Virus record (IMG/VR): IMGVR_UViG_3300034073_003542
Location: 124,001 to 188,000 of that record
DNA length: 64,000 nucleotides
Reading direction: 5' to 3' (one strand)
Of this stretch, positions 9,601 through 19,204 are shown piece after piece. Position 1 is the first letter of the stretch. Each line of letters begins with the position of its first letter. The notes beneath the pieces are model-generated. The model was not told where the DNA came from, did no database searches, and worked only from the letters and a program-made list of their open reading frames with translations. Both the position numbers and the translations under genes were made by a program.

Positions 9601-10037
9601 TTTAGACTCTCCAAGTTACTCAAGATATATTTCAACAAAGCGCCAACTTCATCTATTGGATTTTTAGCAAACCCCTTATCAATTAAGAGTTTTGCTTCTT
9701 TTTCCGTAAAGCCGTAGCCAACCAAAATTTTAGCACACTGGTTTTGCTTGTCAAGCGATAGGATTGGCTTAGACACTTCCTCAATTTCAATTGGTTCTAT
9801 AGGTTTAGTCGCTGGTGTTGGAGCCTCTTTTGGTTTCTTCTCTTTATAGAGAATCTTGAGCTTGTTGATTTGTTTGGGTTTAAAAATCTCCCCACAATCA
9901 CAAACAACCATAAAATTCTTAGTCTGACATTCCTTCAAAGAAAGCCAATGAGTATATCCACAAGTTTTTTGTGGACATACATATTTTAGGTGAACATCAA
10001 GTTCAATCGGTTTCTGGTAGCTCTTCTTCTTTTTCAT
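9597..10037 (-). CDS. Zn-ribbon protein with C-terminal RuvA domain III-like (UBA-type) module
   Basis: CPQKTC...CDC; Pro/Glu/Lys-rich linker; C-terminus QNQCAKILVGYGFTEKEAKLLI...VGALLKYIL resembles RuvA_C (EAVxALVALGYxxxEA...LIRxAL). ATGA overlap with ruvB. Confidence 0.65.
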   Translation of the reverse strand: MKKKKSYQKPIELDVHLKYVCPQKTCGYTHWLSLKECQTKNFMVVCDCGEIFKPKQINKLKILYKEKKPKEAPTPATKPIEPIEIEEVSKPILSLDKQNQCAKILVGYGFTEKEAKLLIDKGFAKNPIDEVGALLKYILSNLESLK

Positions 10038-10422
10038 TGTCTTGGTCTGCAATATAAAACACCCAATCATCTTTAGTGTCGTCAAAACAAGTTTCAATCA
10101 ATCCCCTATTAGCAAGACTGTTTAAGATATTACTAACCAATCTTGAATTTAGGTTCTGCAAAAATTCACTGTATATTTCAGATGTCATAAAATATCGCAA
10201 CTCTTTTGTTTTCTTATTGCGTTCTTGTTTGAGAACCTGTTTAGCAATAAGCAGTGATTCATTGTATGACAACAAATGATCTAGTCTTTTTTGTTCTTCT
10301 TCTGTAGGATCTTCTATATCTTCTATGTCGATAGAGTTGGGCCTGCCAAAACTTTGAAAAACCATAGTTCTAGCAAAATTGATAAACTGATCTAGGTTTT
10401 CAATAACATATGTTTCCTGCAT
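10003..10422 (-). CDS. Hypothetical protein (paralog of 22151..22516)
   Basis: ORF track; shared motif SLANRGLIETCFDD...WVFY. Confidence 0.6.
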   Translation of the reverse strand: MQETYVIENLDQFINFARTMVFQSFGRPNSIDIEDIEDPTEEEQKRLDHLLSYNESLLIAKQVLKQERNKKTKELRYFMTSEIYSEFLQNLNSRLVSNILNSLANRGLIETCFDDTKDDWVFYIADQDNEKEEELPETD

Positions 10423-10831
10423 TATAGTTCCTAATTAAGAATGTCAAATAAATTTTTGTAATATGGCGGCTCCTTGATTAGATATTCGGCATTACTAATT
10501 TTGTAGTTTTTATACTGAACACCTAATTTATCGCAAATAAATATGTAATCTTTCCAATATTGTGCTTTTTGTGGACCAAAAATAGAATTAACTATATCTT
10601 TGGCTAGTTTTTGAATATCGTAACTGTCTTCTTTGTTAATTTTACTAGCTGGAAAATCACCAAAAGAGAAAAAGAAACAGTCAGCTAAATGATTGCCAAA
10701 ACCTATACTAAATATATCAGAATAGTTAGTTGGAGGAGTAGAAAATATCCCTGATCCAAATAAACCAAATGGATCATAAGGATTTATGTCTTCGGATTCT
10801 TCCTCGTTGTCTTGATAGTCGTCGTACATTT

Positions 10832-11800
10832 TTATCCAATACAAAATTTGTTAGCTATTTTTTCGGCCAGCTTATAGCCCTGACTACTCAAATATTTGTT
10901 ACCAGAGTAGTATAGAGTTTTGCTGGTGTGCTTGATAAACTCAACAACCTCTACTAGCAATTGATTCTTTGAATCATCTTCTTCTAGATTTTCATCTATC
11001 AATTCAGCTACGTATGTATATATGGGATCATTATTAGTAGTAACTGTTTTACAACCCTTTGCTACATCATTCAATGTATGCGTATGCCATTGAGTGCTGC
11101 ATTTTTTATAGTTGTGTTTTACAGTAGTAGAAACTCCCTCTAAAGCCTTTTGAAGTTCTTCGATTGTATAACGACCATTACCAACTCCCTTATAGTCTAA
11201 CAAACTAGTAAAGAATGGAGCTTTACTTTCCCAAGGCTTTCTCCACCAACTAAAAGGAACACGCAAAAGTTGGTTGGGTTTAATAGCTAAAGTATCGCCC
11301 CCAAAACGGTTTGCTAGTTTCTTCTGTAGACCATTCCATACAATACGCGAGACACGCCTAGCAGATTCTTTAAGAACCCAATAGACTTGATAGCCGTTGC
11401 GAGTCTCTACGATCCATGTAGGGACGAGAGGGAACGCCCCAATTTGTTTAAGAAAACCAGCCTTCGCCGTGTTTACTTGACGAGCAGGAAGATACTTGCC
11501 GTCTGCACCACGACCAGCATCTAAATCAACAAAACAAGTTTTATGAGAACGAACTTCGTTGAGAGTTGCATAGCCATTAACATAGAAATACAAATCTCGA
11601 TCAGTATTTTCTGTTTCCTTAATAGCCTTATCTATAGTCCCACATTTAAGCATAGGACTGGTTTTCTTTTTGGGGTTTTGATTATAGGCAAAAAGAGTTG
11701 TTGCTTTTAGACTCTTTAGAAACTTATCAATTTTTACCTTATGATTTTTGGAATGATTTGTTTTATCGAACGGATTCTTAATTGTTGAATTAACTTGCAT
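10832..11800 (-). CDS. RepB-type DNA primase (AEP superfamily)
   Basis: DLYFYVNG, CFVDLD, PTWIVETRNGYQVYW, GGD...KPNQLLRVP. Confidence 0.75.
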   Translation of the reverse strand: MQVNSTIKNPFDKTNHSKNHKVKIDKFLKSLKATTLFAYNQNPKKKTSPMLKCGTIDKAIKETENTDRDLYFYVNGYATLNEVRSHKTCFVDLDAGRGADGKYLPARQVNTAKAGFLKQIGAFPLVPTWIVETRNGYQVYWVLKESARRVSRIVWNGLQKKLANRFGGDTLAIKPNQLLRVPFSWWRKPWESKAPFFTSLLDYKGVGNGRYTIEELQKALEGVSTTVKHNYKKCSTQWHTHTLNDVAKGCKTVTTNNDPIYTYVAELIDENLEEDDSKNQLLVEVVEFIKHTSKTLYYSGNKYLSSQGYKLAEKIANKFCIG

Positions 11801-11832
11801 ATTTTTTCCTTTGTTTTCCTAAAAGTCCAAAT

Positions 11833-11871
11833 AAAAATGAGCGAGTTAGTTTTTTACGCTAACCCGCCCAT
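11833..11871 (-). terminator. Rho-independent terminator after rIIB
   Basis: Minus-strand hairpin GGGCGGGTTAG-N9-CTAACTCGCTC followed by ATTTTT. Confidence 0.75.
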
Positions 11872-11879
11872 CTTATTTA

Positions 11880-12761
11880 TCAGCGACACCAACTGCATCC
11901 ATTAGGGCCACACATTCCATCATCCTCATCTTCATAATCTTCGTCGTCAGCATATTCCTCTTCGTCATACTGACTCCAATCATAATCCTCTTCATCGTAT
12001 TCTTCCTCGTCTACATCATCGTAAGAGTAGTCAGAAGCATAAAGAGGCTTTTTCAATTCGCCTTCATACTCTCCGACCACTTCATACTTACAAGTACGCA
12101 GCTTTTCACAATTGCAATCTGTTGGTACAGAAACAACGTCTGCTGGATTAACCTTGCAAATCATCAAATGATCGCCATGATCAACAGAACCAAATCCGGC
12201 AGCATAATTCAATGCTCCAACATGGTATCCATTAGAACAACCACGAGAACGATCATCGTCAACCTTTGCTCGTGGCATTTCAGGCTTATCTCCTACCATA
12301 TTTCTAGTCTTACCAGTATGCTTATCTGTATAATCTGGACGCACACACTTATACGCTAGGAAACATCCATCTTCGGTAATTGGCAGATGTTCATGATCAA
12401 GAAAATCATACAATTCCTTTTGACTTGTCATGGAAGGATTTTGCATGAGATTCTCAAGAAACTTAACAAGTCCATCGAAAGGAATTGATTCTTCCATAAA
12501 CTTGATGATTCTCTTCGCAATAGAAGAGTGAACAACTTCTCCGTCGAAATATACCTGACCATCCTTAACTTCGACACGACCTCCGCTAACGGCTGGTAGA
12601 GCTTTCTTGACATCAACAATCTCTAGCAACTGTTCAACAGTAGCAGTTGGAAGATTTTCCAAAATCATCTTACGATTAGGATGATCTTGTAGCACAGTAA
12701 AAGTCTTGTTACCAAGAACAAGGGTTAAAACACCATCAGTATAAATAAACGGAACGCTCAT
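11880..12761 (-). CDS. rIIB: RIIB-like protein
   Basis: FLENLMQNPS...ELYDFL...LPITEDGCFLAYK.V..DYTDKHTG, MPR.KVDDDR..GCSNGYHVG..NY; adjacent to rIIA. Confidence 0.85.
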   Translation of the reverse strand: MSVPFIYTDGVLTLVLGNKTFTVLQDHPNRKMILENLPTATVEQLLEIVDVKKALPAVSGGRVEVKDGQVYFDGEVVHSSIAKRIIKFMEESIPFDGLVKFLENLMQNPSMTSQKELYDFLDHEHLPITEDGCFLAYKCVRPDYTDKHTGKTRNMVGDKPEMPRAKVDDDRSRGCSNGYHVGALNYAAGFGSVDHGDHLMICKVNPADVVSVPTDCNCEKLRTCKYEVVGEYEGELKKPLYASDYSYDDVDEEEYDEEDYDWSQYDEEEYADDEDYEDEDDGMCGPNGCSWCR

Positions 12762-12778
12762 CTTTTCTTTCTCCTAAA

Positions 12779-15334
12779 TTAAGAATTAATCAAACCACCA
12801 ATAGCTACTTTAAACGCCTCATCTTTTTTAACCGCAGAAAACCACTTATTGCGATAATCTCGATTATTATCAATCTCTGTGAGACTGCCAGGATTGCTTG
12901 TTCTCATAGTATACTTGAAAGCTGGTGACTTGTCAAGCTCACTCTTTAGCTCTTGTCGTAGTGTTTTAATGTCTAGAGGAGCAAAGCTAGTAGAACTGCT
13001 TGCAAAATCAATCTTAGTAGCTTCGTCTGTAATAGTTCTTTGTTGCATATCCATTAGTCTCTTCATTTTCTGAATACCGCTATAAATAGATCGACTACTA
13101 ATTTGATCTAGGCCATATACCTTTAGAATACTATCAATATGAGCATAGTATTCGTCTAGCTTTAGTTCACAAGCACCAATCCTGATTTTATCTGTTTGGT
13201 TAGTAAAGAAGTCGCCCATAATCAAGTAATCAATATGGTCTACAATTTTCTTGTTCTTAACATACTTCTTATAATCAAACCCAAAAACACTAATCATATG
13301 GTACAGAATTTGACCGACAGAGGAATGATTGGCTCCATAACCCCACTGACTATCATCAATATTATCCATTGACACACGGATTTTATCAGCAATAGACATA
13401 TAATCCAAGTACTTGTCTAGCTTTTTGGCTGACTTTTTGATTTCACGGATCATCCATGTATTAAAGTCGATCAACTCATAATCTTCTTTCAGTTTTTCCA
13501 CAGACTTTTCTTTGATAGCATAGATATTTCCAGAAACACCCAAAATGTCTTTCATTTCAAGATAATAATTATGGATTGTATTGAGTCCCACAAATCCTTC
13601 ACAAGAAATATATCTGGTGATAGGAATGTATACAATCTCTTCCATATCTTCAAGAGACTCCAAATGATCTTCATTAAGAGTTTTTAGATAAGGAGCGTGA
13701 CCATAGTTAGTATCCAGAGCAACTGTGTTAGAATCATCGCCACACAAGAAGAATAGATCATCACTACTTACAGAACCCGTCTTAGCTCTTGCCTTGCGGG
13801 TTTGAGCGATAAGGTATTTGTAGTCTGAAACCTTCTTGAAGTTTTCAAGACCAACATCATTGATAAGATCATCAACACCCACAAGACTTTCGGTATGATC
13901 CTTGGTATCTACAATAAGATAACAATAACAGTTATTCTGCTTGTAATACGCACTAAGAATCTTTTTAGCTTGATTGAGACTCTTTATATCGCAATAGAAA
14001 AACTCAACATTAGACTCTGTATAACCTCCACCCCAACTACTAGTTCCTAGAGTTCCAGAGTAGATTTGCGTGGTAAGAGCAATCTTAGTACGAGAACGTC
14101 TGGCAGCATAATAGTAGCCGAAAACATACAAAGCTTTATCGGCACTGAGATTATATGATAGGTCTGCTCTATCACTAAGATTATAGGTCTTTTGTGTTGT
14201 TGGACAAGTCCAAGACGCACCAACTCCCCAATCATTAATACTGCGGAGCTTATTAAAGGTCTGGATTGCTTCTACACGAGTTTTGCAGGTAGAAATCTTG
14301 TCGGAAAATTCCTTTTTGAGAGAATCGTAGATTTCTTGTGTCTTAGCTCTAAGAGTCTTGATAACAGCTTTAGTGTACTGCAATCCCTCGCGGCTTATAT
14401 CCATGTCGAGTTCACCAATTCCAAACTCGATTTCTAGATAAAGATTCTTGCTATTAATGTTAGACAAAAAGGACTTGTAATTAGTGGCGTTTTCTTTTGC
14501 TTTTTGATTCCATTGAGCAATGTGGGCTTGTTCCTCTTTTTCTACATCACCAATAAGATGTGTAGTATCTACTGGATAAGCAATATTTCCCATAATAGCG
14601 ATAACATTAGAGCCAACATTATGATACGCATTAGGAAATAGATTGTTGGAATTAGTATTACAAACATTCCAATTATCTCCAGAAAGAAGAATATTACGAT
14701 TGGAATAATCCTTCTTGAAGTCAATACCATATCCACCAAAAATGGTAGGCTTTTGCTTTAGGTAGTGAAATACTCTGACTGCTTTTTGAGAGAACTCAGA
14801 ATAATCGTATCGCTTAACGGCAAAACTGATTTCCAAACCATTTGGTTCAGTTGTATCGCAAGAGTGCATCAAATTAAGTGTTGGGATTCCATCATCACCA
14901 ATACTGGCGATATATGTATATTGCTTACCATTAAAAAAGCTTGTTGAAGTAAAGCTCTTAGTATAAGCAAAAGGACTCTTACTTCCTAGACCAAGACATC
15001 CAACAAAATCATTGCTGGTATTTTTGGTTGAAGCTCCATAAGTTGTATAAAGCTTCTCCATATCGGTCTGACTAAGACCTGTGCCAAAATCCCGAACCTT
15101 AAAATTAGGGTCGGTATCACTTGGAAGATAAACATGAAAAGGATTGGTATTTTTTGCAGCAATATGTGCGTCGTTTGCATTGGTGCAAAGTTCACGAATT
15201 ACGGCCCCAATTTTATCTGAATATAAAGAATTGCTCAAGACGTTAAACATCTTGGCGGATTGCTGAATAGTGAACTGATTTTCGCTCTTAACACCACGGG
15301 AATGAACTTCAACTGTCTTATCTGCCAATTTCAT
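12779..15334 (-). CDS. rIIA: RIIA-like protein with N-terminal GHKL (Hsp90-like) ATPase
   Basis: LYSDKIGAVIRELCTNANDAH, VRDFGTGL, YGASTK, GCLGLGSKSPFAY, LDMDISREGL. Confidence 0.88.
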   Translation of the reverse strand: MKLADKTVEVHSRGVKSENQFTIQQSAKMFNVLSNSLYSDKIGAVIRELCTNANDAHIAAKNTNPFHVYLPSDTDPNFKVRDFGTGLSQTDMEKLYTTYGASTKNTSNDFVGCLGLGSKSPFAYTKSFTSTSFFNGKQYTYIASIGDDGIPTLNLMHSCDTTEPNGLEISFAVKRYDYSEFSQKAVRVFHYLKQKPTIFGGYGIDFKKDYSNRNILLSGDNWNVCNTNSNNLFPNAYHNVGSNVIAIMGNIAYPVDTTHLIGDVEKEEQAHIAQWNQKAKENATNYKSFLSNINSKNLYLEIEFGIGELDMDISREGLQYTKAVIKTLRAKTQEIYDSLKKEFSDKISTCKTRVEAIQTFNKLRSINDWGVGASWTCPTTQKTYNLSDRADLSYNLSADKALYVFGYYYAARRSRTKIALTTQIYSGTLGTSSWGGGYTESNVEFFYCDIKSLNQAKKILSAYYKQNNCYCYLIVDTKDHTESLVGVDDLINDVGLENFKKVSDYKYLIAQTRKARAKTGSVSSDDLFFLCGDDSNTVALDTNYGHAPYLKTLNEDHLESLEDMEEIVYIPITRYISCEGFVGLNTIHNYYLEMKDILGVSGNIYAIKEKSVEKLKEDYELIDFNTWMIREIKKSAKKLDKYLDYMSIADKIRVSMDNIDDSQWGYGANHSSVGQILYHMISVFGFDYKKYVKNKKIVDHIDYLIMGDFFTNQTDKIRIGACELKLDEYYAHIDSILKVYGLDQISSRSIYSGIQKMKRLMDMQQRTITDEATKIDFASSSTSFAPLDIKTLRQELKSELDKSPAFKYTMRTSNPGSLTEIDNNRDYRNKWFSAVKKDEAFKVAIGGLINS

Positions 15335-15384
15335 CTTATCTGCTCCAAGTTAGGTTTACTGCTCCAATCGTTACTGATACGTCA

Positions 15385-15412
15385 ATTGTATCACACTACT
15401 AAGGTCTGTCAA
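15385..15412 (-). promoter_or_regulatory. sigma70-type promoter of rIIA/rIIB
   Basis: TTGACA-N16-TACAAT. Confidence 0.8.
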
Positions 15413-15787
15413 GCGTCAGTCATCATCACTATCTTTTTCCCAAAAGTCTTTTTCCTCGGGAACCCATGTCGAATCATTATCGTAACCTTCTTCGTCGTCA
15501 TAATCGCCATAATCTTCTATTTCGTCATCGTCTTCATCATAATCTTCTTCGTCGTCTTCGCTGACCATAATAGAAAAAGTGTTAAGAATCTCTAGAACAA
15601 TATTTAGTTTCTCATTCATTTCTGATAAACTTTTTGCCATCATAGAAAAAGCTTCGCTAGATTTTGCTTGAAAAAGCTCGATTTTGGCAATTTTTTCGGT
15701 AATAGATTCTTCATTTGGATTAGATTCTGACATTAAAAACTCCTATTTAATAATATCTTTATTAGACCAATAAAATATACACCAACA

Positions 15788-15832
15788 AAAATAAGAATAA
15801 GCCGGGACTAAAGCTAACCATAGTCCCGACTT
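15788..15832 (-). terminator. Rho-independent terminator
   Basis: CGGGACTA-N10-TAGTCCCG followed by a T-rich tract on the minus strand. Confidence 0.75.
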
Positions 15833-15855
15833 AATCTCAATTCTTGTTAAATTAC

Positions 15856-16143
15856 TCACGAACCAGCGTGAGCGGCCTGTAAACGACGAACAATGTCGGC
15901 CATAGCCTCAACATTATCCACAGTCTTAACAGGCTTACGACGCTCCATAGCAGGCAATTCAATACCCTTTGCCTCAAGAGCCTTCTTTACTCGGGCATAA
16001 CGAGCCATTGTGGACGGAATCTTCTGTCCCGTCTTTTCAGCAATTTCGGCATAATTCTTACTGCTATAAACAGCCTCAAGAAAAACCTCGTCACTGCAAT
16101 GAACACGCTTCTGAACACCGCTTTCCACAACTACATCAGCCAT
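15856..16143 (-). CDS. Small putative DNA-binding (HTH-like) protein
   Basis: YAEIAEKTGQKIPSTMARYARVKKAL; strong RBS GGAGG; own promoter and terminator. Confidence 0.5.
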   Translation of the reverse strand: MADVVVESGVQKRVHCSDEVFLEAVYSSKNYAEIAEKTGQKIPSTMARYARVKKALEAKGIELPAMERRKPVKTVDNVEAMADIVRRLQAAHAGS

Positions 16144-16226
16144 AATAGAACCTCCAATTAAAAGTTACAAACCAACCAAATTTGTGTGTCTTTGCCACGC
16201 TGGCATCGCTCACACGCTACTACCTT

Positions 16227-16254
16227 ATTGTATCACGCCTTGATTCTTTGTCAA
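16227..16254 (-). promoter_or_regulatory. sigma70-type promoter
   Basis: TTGACA-N16-TACAAT. Confidence 0.8.
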
Positions 16255-16897
16255 GCACCCCTTCTTCGATTTTCTCAATCCTTCAATCCAAGGATTTCGC
16301 CCACATTGAGATTTTCAAAAGTGTCTGTATGAAACCGCCCCAATATTTCTTTTTGATTTTGCTTTATTTCAACGGGAATCTCATCCAACACTTGTATCAT
16401 ATGATTAAGTTTAGTAATAGCATCTTTTACTGGTGTCTTTAATTGCTTCGACAAATTAGCAAAAGTTAAAGATTCCGCCTCAATTTTACTAATGATTTCA
16501 TTAACAAAACTAATAATTGCAGGATCTTCGTTGTATTTGTGAACCAGTCTTTTAGCTATCCATTTAAGCTTATCAATATCTTTACTGTTGACCATTATTA
16601 TCATCTTCACAGATTGTATTGAAAAAGTCTCTAATTTCTTTAATTTTTTCCATACGGATACTTGTCATACCCTCATAAACCTTATATCCAAATAGAATCC
16701 TTACTGCCAATTTAATTTTTTCCCATAATGTATTTGGGTTTGTAGGATAGTATGAAAATAGACCAATAGAAAGATCGCAATCGTTTTCATTGCCATATTC
16801 GCCCCAATAATAATAATCGAACGTAACTACTTCTGAATGACAATCACAGCGAACGATTAATTCTTGATCTGATTTTTTCATCATACACTCCTAGTTA

Positions 16898-17062
16898 CTA
16901 GTCGTCTATTATAAAACTAGCAACAAAATACACGAGGATGCCTGGAACAACGCCAGTCATTATAATACCAACAAGAGTTGCTAGTCTAAGTAATGTAACA
17001 TCAACATTGTATTTGTTAGCTAAAAAACTACAAACACCCATAAATTTTGGTTTAGCGTTCAT
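16898..17062 (-). CDS. PspC-domain membrane mini-protein (54 aa)
   Basis: Below the ORF-track cutoff. Manual translation MNAKPKFMGVCSFLANKYNVDVTLLRLATLVGIIMTGVVPGILVYFVASFIIDD matches the PspC pattern GVCxxLA...xxR...xYxx. ATGA overlap with the ligase stop. Confidence 0.75.
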   Translation of the reverse strand: MNAKPKFMGVCSFLANKYNVDVTLLRLATLVGIIMTGVVPGILVYFVASFIIDD

Positions 17063-18186
17063 CTATCCTCCTTTAAACAATTATTAATATCAACTCTTGC
17101 AAAATTAGGTGTTCCTAATCCTGTTAATCCATTATAAAGGAATTCTACCTTTTTGCCAATCCACTTCTTTTTATCGGCCAGAAATTGGACAGCCTGTTCA
17201 TACGAACCTTTGAATGTTGCGTCAAACTTCAAGCCGTTCCAATCAAGACTGATTCTTTTTCCCGTTCCACTCCAATTTCCTTCGCCTTCTGTGATATCGG
17301 TAATAATAGCATCGTCAGAATCTTCGGGCTTAATTTTCAAGAGATTCTTACTTCGCTTGTTTTCATATCCCATATCTTTTAGTCGTAGCATAGCTCCTTC
17401 ATGTCCCATATCAATTAACTGTAGATAATAATCATTTAGATCATTTTCTGAATTAATATCAAATGAAGGAACTTCAATTATATAGTCTAACGGAACTACG
17501 TAAGTATCAATAAACCTCTTACGTTCTGTATAACAGCAAGTTTTATCTATTCCGAATCCATATCCATCATAAACATAATAGCGAACCATTTTTTCACCTT
17601 GTTCTAAATGGTCATCAGTAATATGTACTGTTCTTCTAATTAGTTTCATTAACTCATTTAGTTGTTGCTTCAAATCTTCATTAAATAGCTCTCCGTCCAA
17701 AACTGCATCTGGATATTTTTCAAAGAATGGAGCTAGAGATTTCTCGATATGAGGACAAGTCAAATACTTTTCTCCCTTACGAGTCCATAATCCATCCTTA
17801 GTTGCAACACATCTTCCACCATTGTACTTTGTTTGTAGTAAATATTCTCCCTTAGTTAAATCAATTTTGTGTTTGTAATCCTTATATTGTTTGGCAAGCA
17901 TAGGCTCAACATAAGCCATGTTGTCGATTTCATTTTTGTTCTCAAAATAGCCTGTTTTTTGCTGCTTTTTGTACTTATTTTCCACTTCTTTTTGAGCTTG
18001 TTCGCTACCAGTAGTTTCGTTCTTTTTGCCTACATTTTTTGGTTGGGCAATTGTCCACTCAGAAGTAACTAGCTCACCCGCTTCAAGTCCACTAACAGTT
18101 CGATATTTATCTCCCTGTTGTTCCATTCGCCAAATACGAACGCGGCCCATAGAATCTCGTGAATATAGTGTTGGGTATGATTTCAT
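17059..18186 (-). CDS. ATP-dependent DNA ligase
   Basis: PMLAK, QTKYNGGRC (adenylated K), LDGELF, YVYD, EGAMLR, LLKIK, OB domain. Confidence 0.93.
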   Translation of the reverse strand: MKSYPTLYSRDSMGRVRIWRMEQQGDKYRTVSGLEAGELVTSEWTIAQPKNVGKKNETTGSEQAQKEVENKYKKQQKTGYFENKNEIDNMAYVEPMLAKQYKDYKHKIDLTKGEYLLQTKYNGGRCVATKDGLWTRKGEKYLTCPHIEKSLAPFFEKYPDAVLDGELFNEDLKQQLNELMKLIRRTVHITDDHLEQGEKMVRYYVYDGYGFGIDKTCCYTERKRFIDTYVVPLDYIIEVPSFDINSENDLNDYYLQLIDMGHEGAMLRLKDMGYENKRSKNLLKIKPEDSDDAIITDITEGEGNWSGTGKRISLDWNGLKFDATFKGSYEQAVQFLADKKKWIGKKVEFLYNGLTGLGTPNFARVDINNCLKEDR

Positions 18187-18460
18187 TTTTTCCTCAATAA
18201 TTAGAAGTGTTATATTCGTCCAAATTAAATATCTGACTCATTGTATCATGCAGCTTATTGATATTTAAACCCAATAAAGCTTTTGTGCCGAGTAAAATAT
18301 TAACTGTTTCATCTTCAGTTAAATTATCTTCTAGTACATTTTCGGCCAAAATATGAAGATTCTCATAAATAGCCCACAAGCTATTAATATCTGTTTCTAA
18401 ATCAAACCGATCTTTCATTGTTGTTCTCCAAGATGTTAGTGTCGATAGCTCGATTATATC

Positions 18461-18835
18461 CTACTGTTGGGGTTTGTCAAGCTGATTTCTGTTTCTAACC
18501 TTTATAAGATAATTCAGGGCATTAATGAGAGAAGGAATATCATCACCCAATTTGCCAAGTCCTTCGTTACACCGACTGCAAACGTGACCACGAAAAGTAT
18601 CGTCTGTATGATCGTGATCTATTACCCATTTCCAAGGAACCTTACCACAAATTTCACACACTTCGGGTCTAGGTGGTGCTTCCTTCTTTAATTTCTTTCT
18701 GACTTTTGCGTGATGCTTGATGCACTCTCTACATCTTGTATCAAGACGATCTTTATAAAGACGATGTTTCGGAAACTCAGAAAGTTTCTTAGTTTCTTTA
18801 CAGTATTGACAAGGTTTTTCTTTTTTGTTTTTCAT
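18461..18835 (-). CDS. Endonuclease VII-family (His-Me) nuclease, probably free-standing homing type
   Basis: N-terminal CxxC...CxxC; CEICG, IDHDH...RGHVCSRCNEGLGKLGDD. Confidence 0.85.
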   Translation of the reverse strand: MKNKKEKPCQYCKETKKLSEFPKHRLYKDRLDTRCRECIKHHAKVRKKLKKEAPPRPEVCEICGKVPWKWVIDHDHTDDTFRGHVCSRCNEGLGKLGDDIPSLINALNYLIKVRNRNQLDKPQQ

Positions 18836-18844
18836 TTTTTGTAT

Positions 18845-19194
18845 TGGTGGAGATGTTGGCATACGATAGCCAAGTCCTAAAAATATTTCAGATAGCTTTT
18901 CTACAAGTTTATTTTGTTCTTTTTAAGAGAAATTATAGAACAAACAACATTCTTTTCTCTTTGCTTGTTTATCTTAGTTTGTTGATACAAGCTTCAACAA
19001 AAGCAAAAGGATTTTACATCAACTTTTTGGACGCCTCCTTTTAGCTTCCTAAAGTTGTCGTAGCCGTTATTAGGCTGCGAGAGCTAATTGATTTACGTCA
19101 ATTAAACGTTTTTATCGACTTGTTAAAGTGGCCTGTCGATAAACCACTACTTGCTTTACTAACCTCTTTATTCTAGTCGAAACCTTTCATCCCC
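18845..19194 (-). ncRNA. ssrA: tmRNA (SsrA), 350 nt
   Basis: 5' GGGGAUGAAAGGUUUCGAC; 3' ...UUGGC-UAUCGUAU-GCCAA-CAUCUCC-A-CCA; acceptor stem with G3-U70; tag ORF (D)VNQLALAA followed by TAA TAA at 19099..19067; dedicated promoter. Confidence 0.95.
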
Positions 19195-19204
19195 GTATGT
19201 TCTT

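Noticed and set aside
18461-18835. Endo VII as the RuvC substitute for the RuvB module
   Set aside because: It lies about 9 kb away, and its Zn-finger N-terminus and position beside the tmRNA fit a free-standing homing nuclease better; not excluded, but unsupported.
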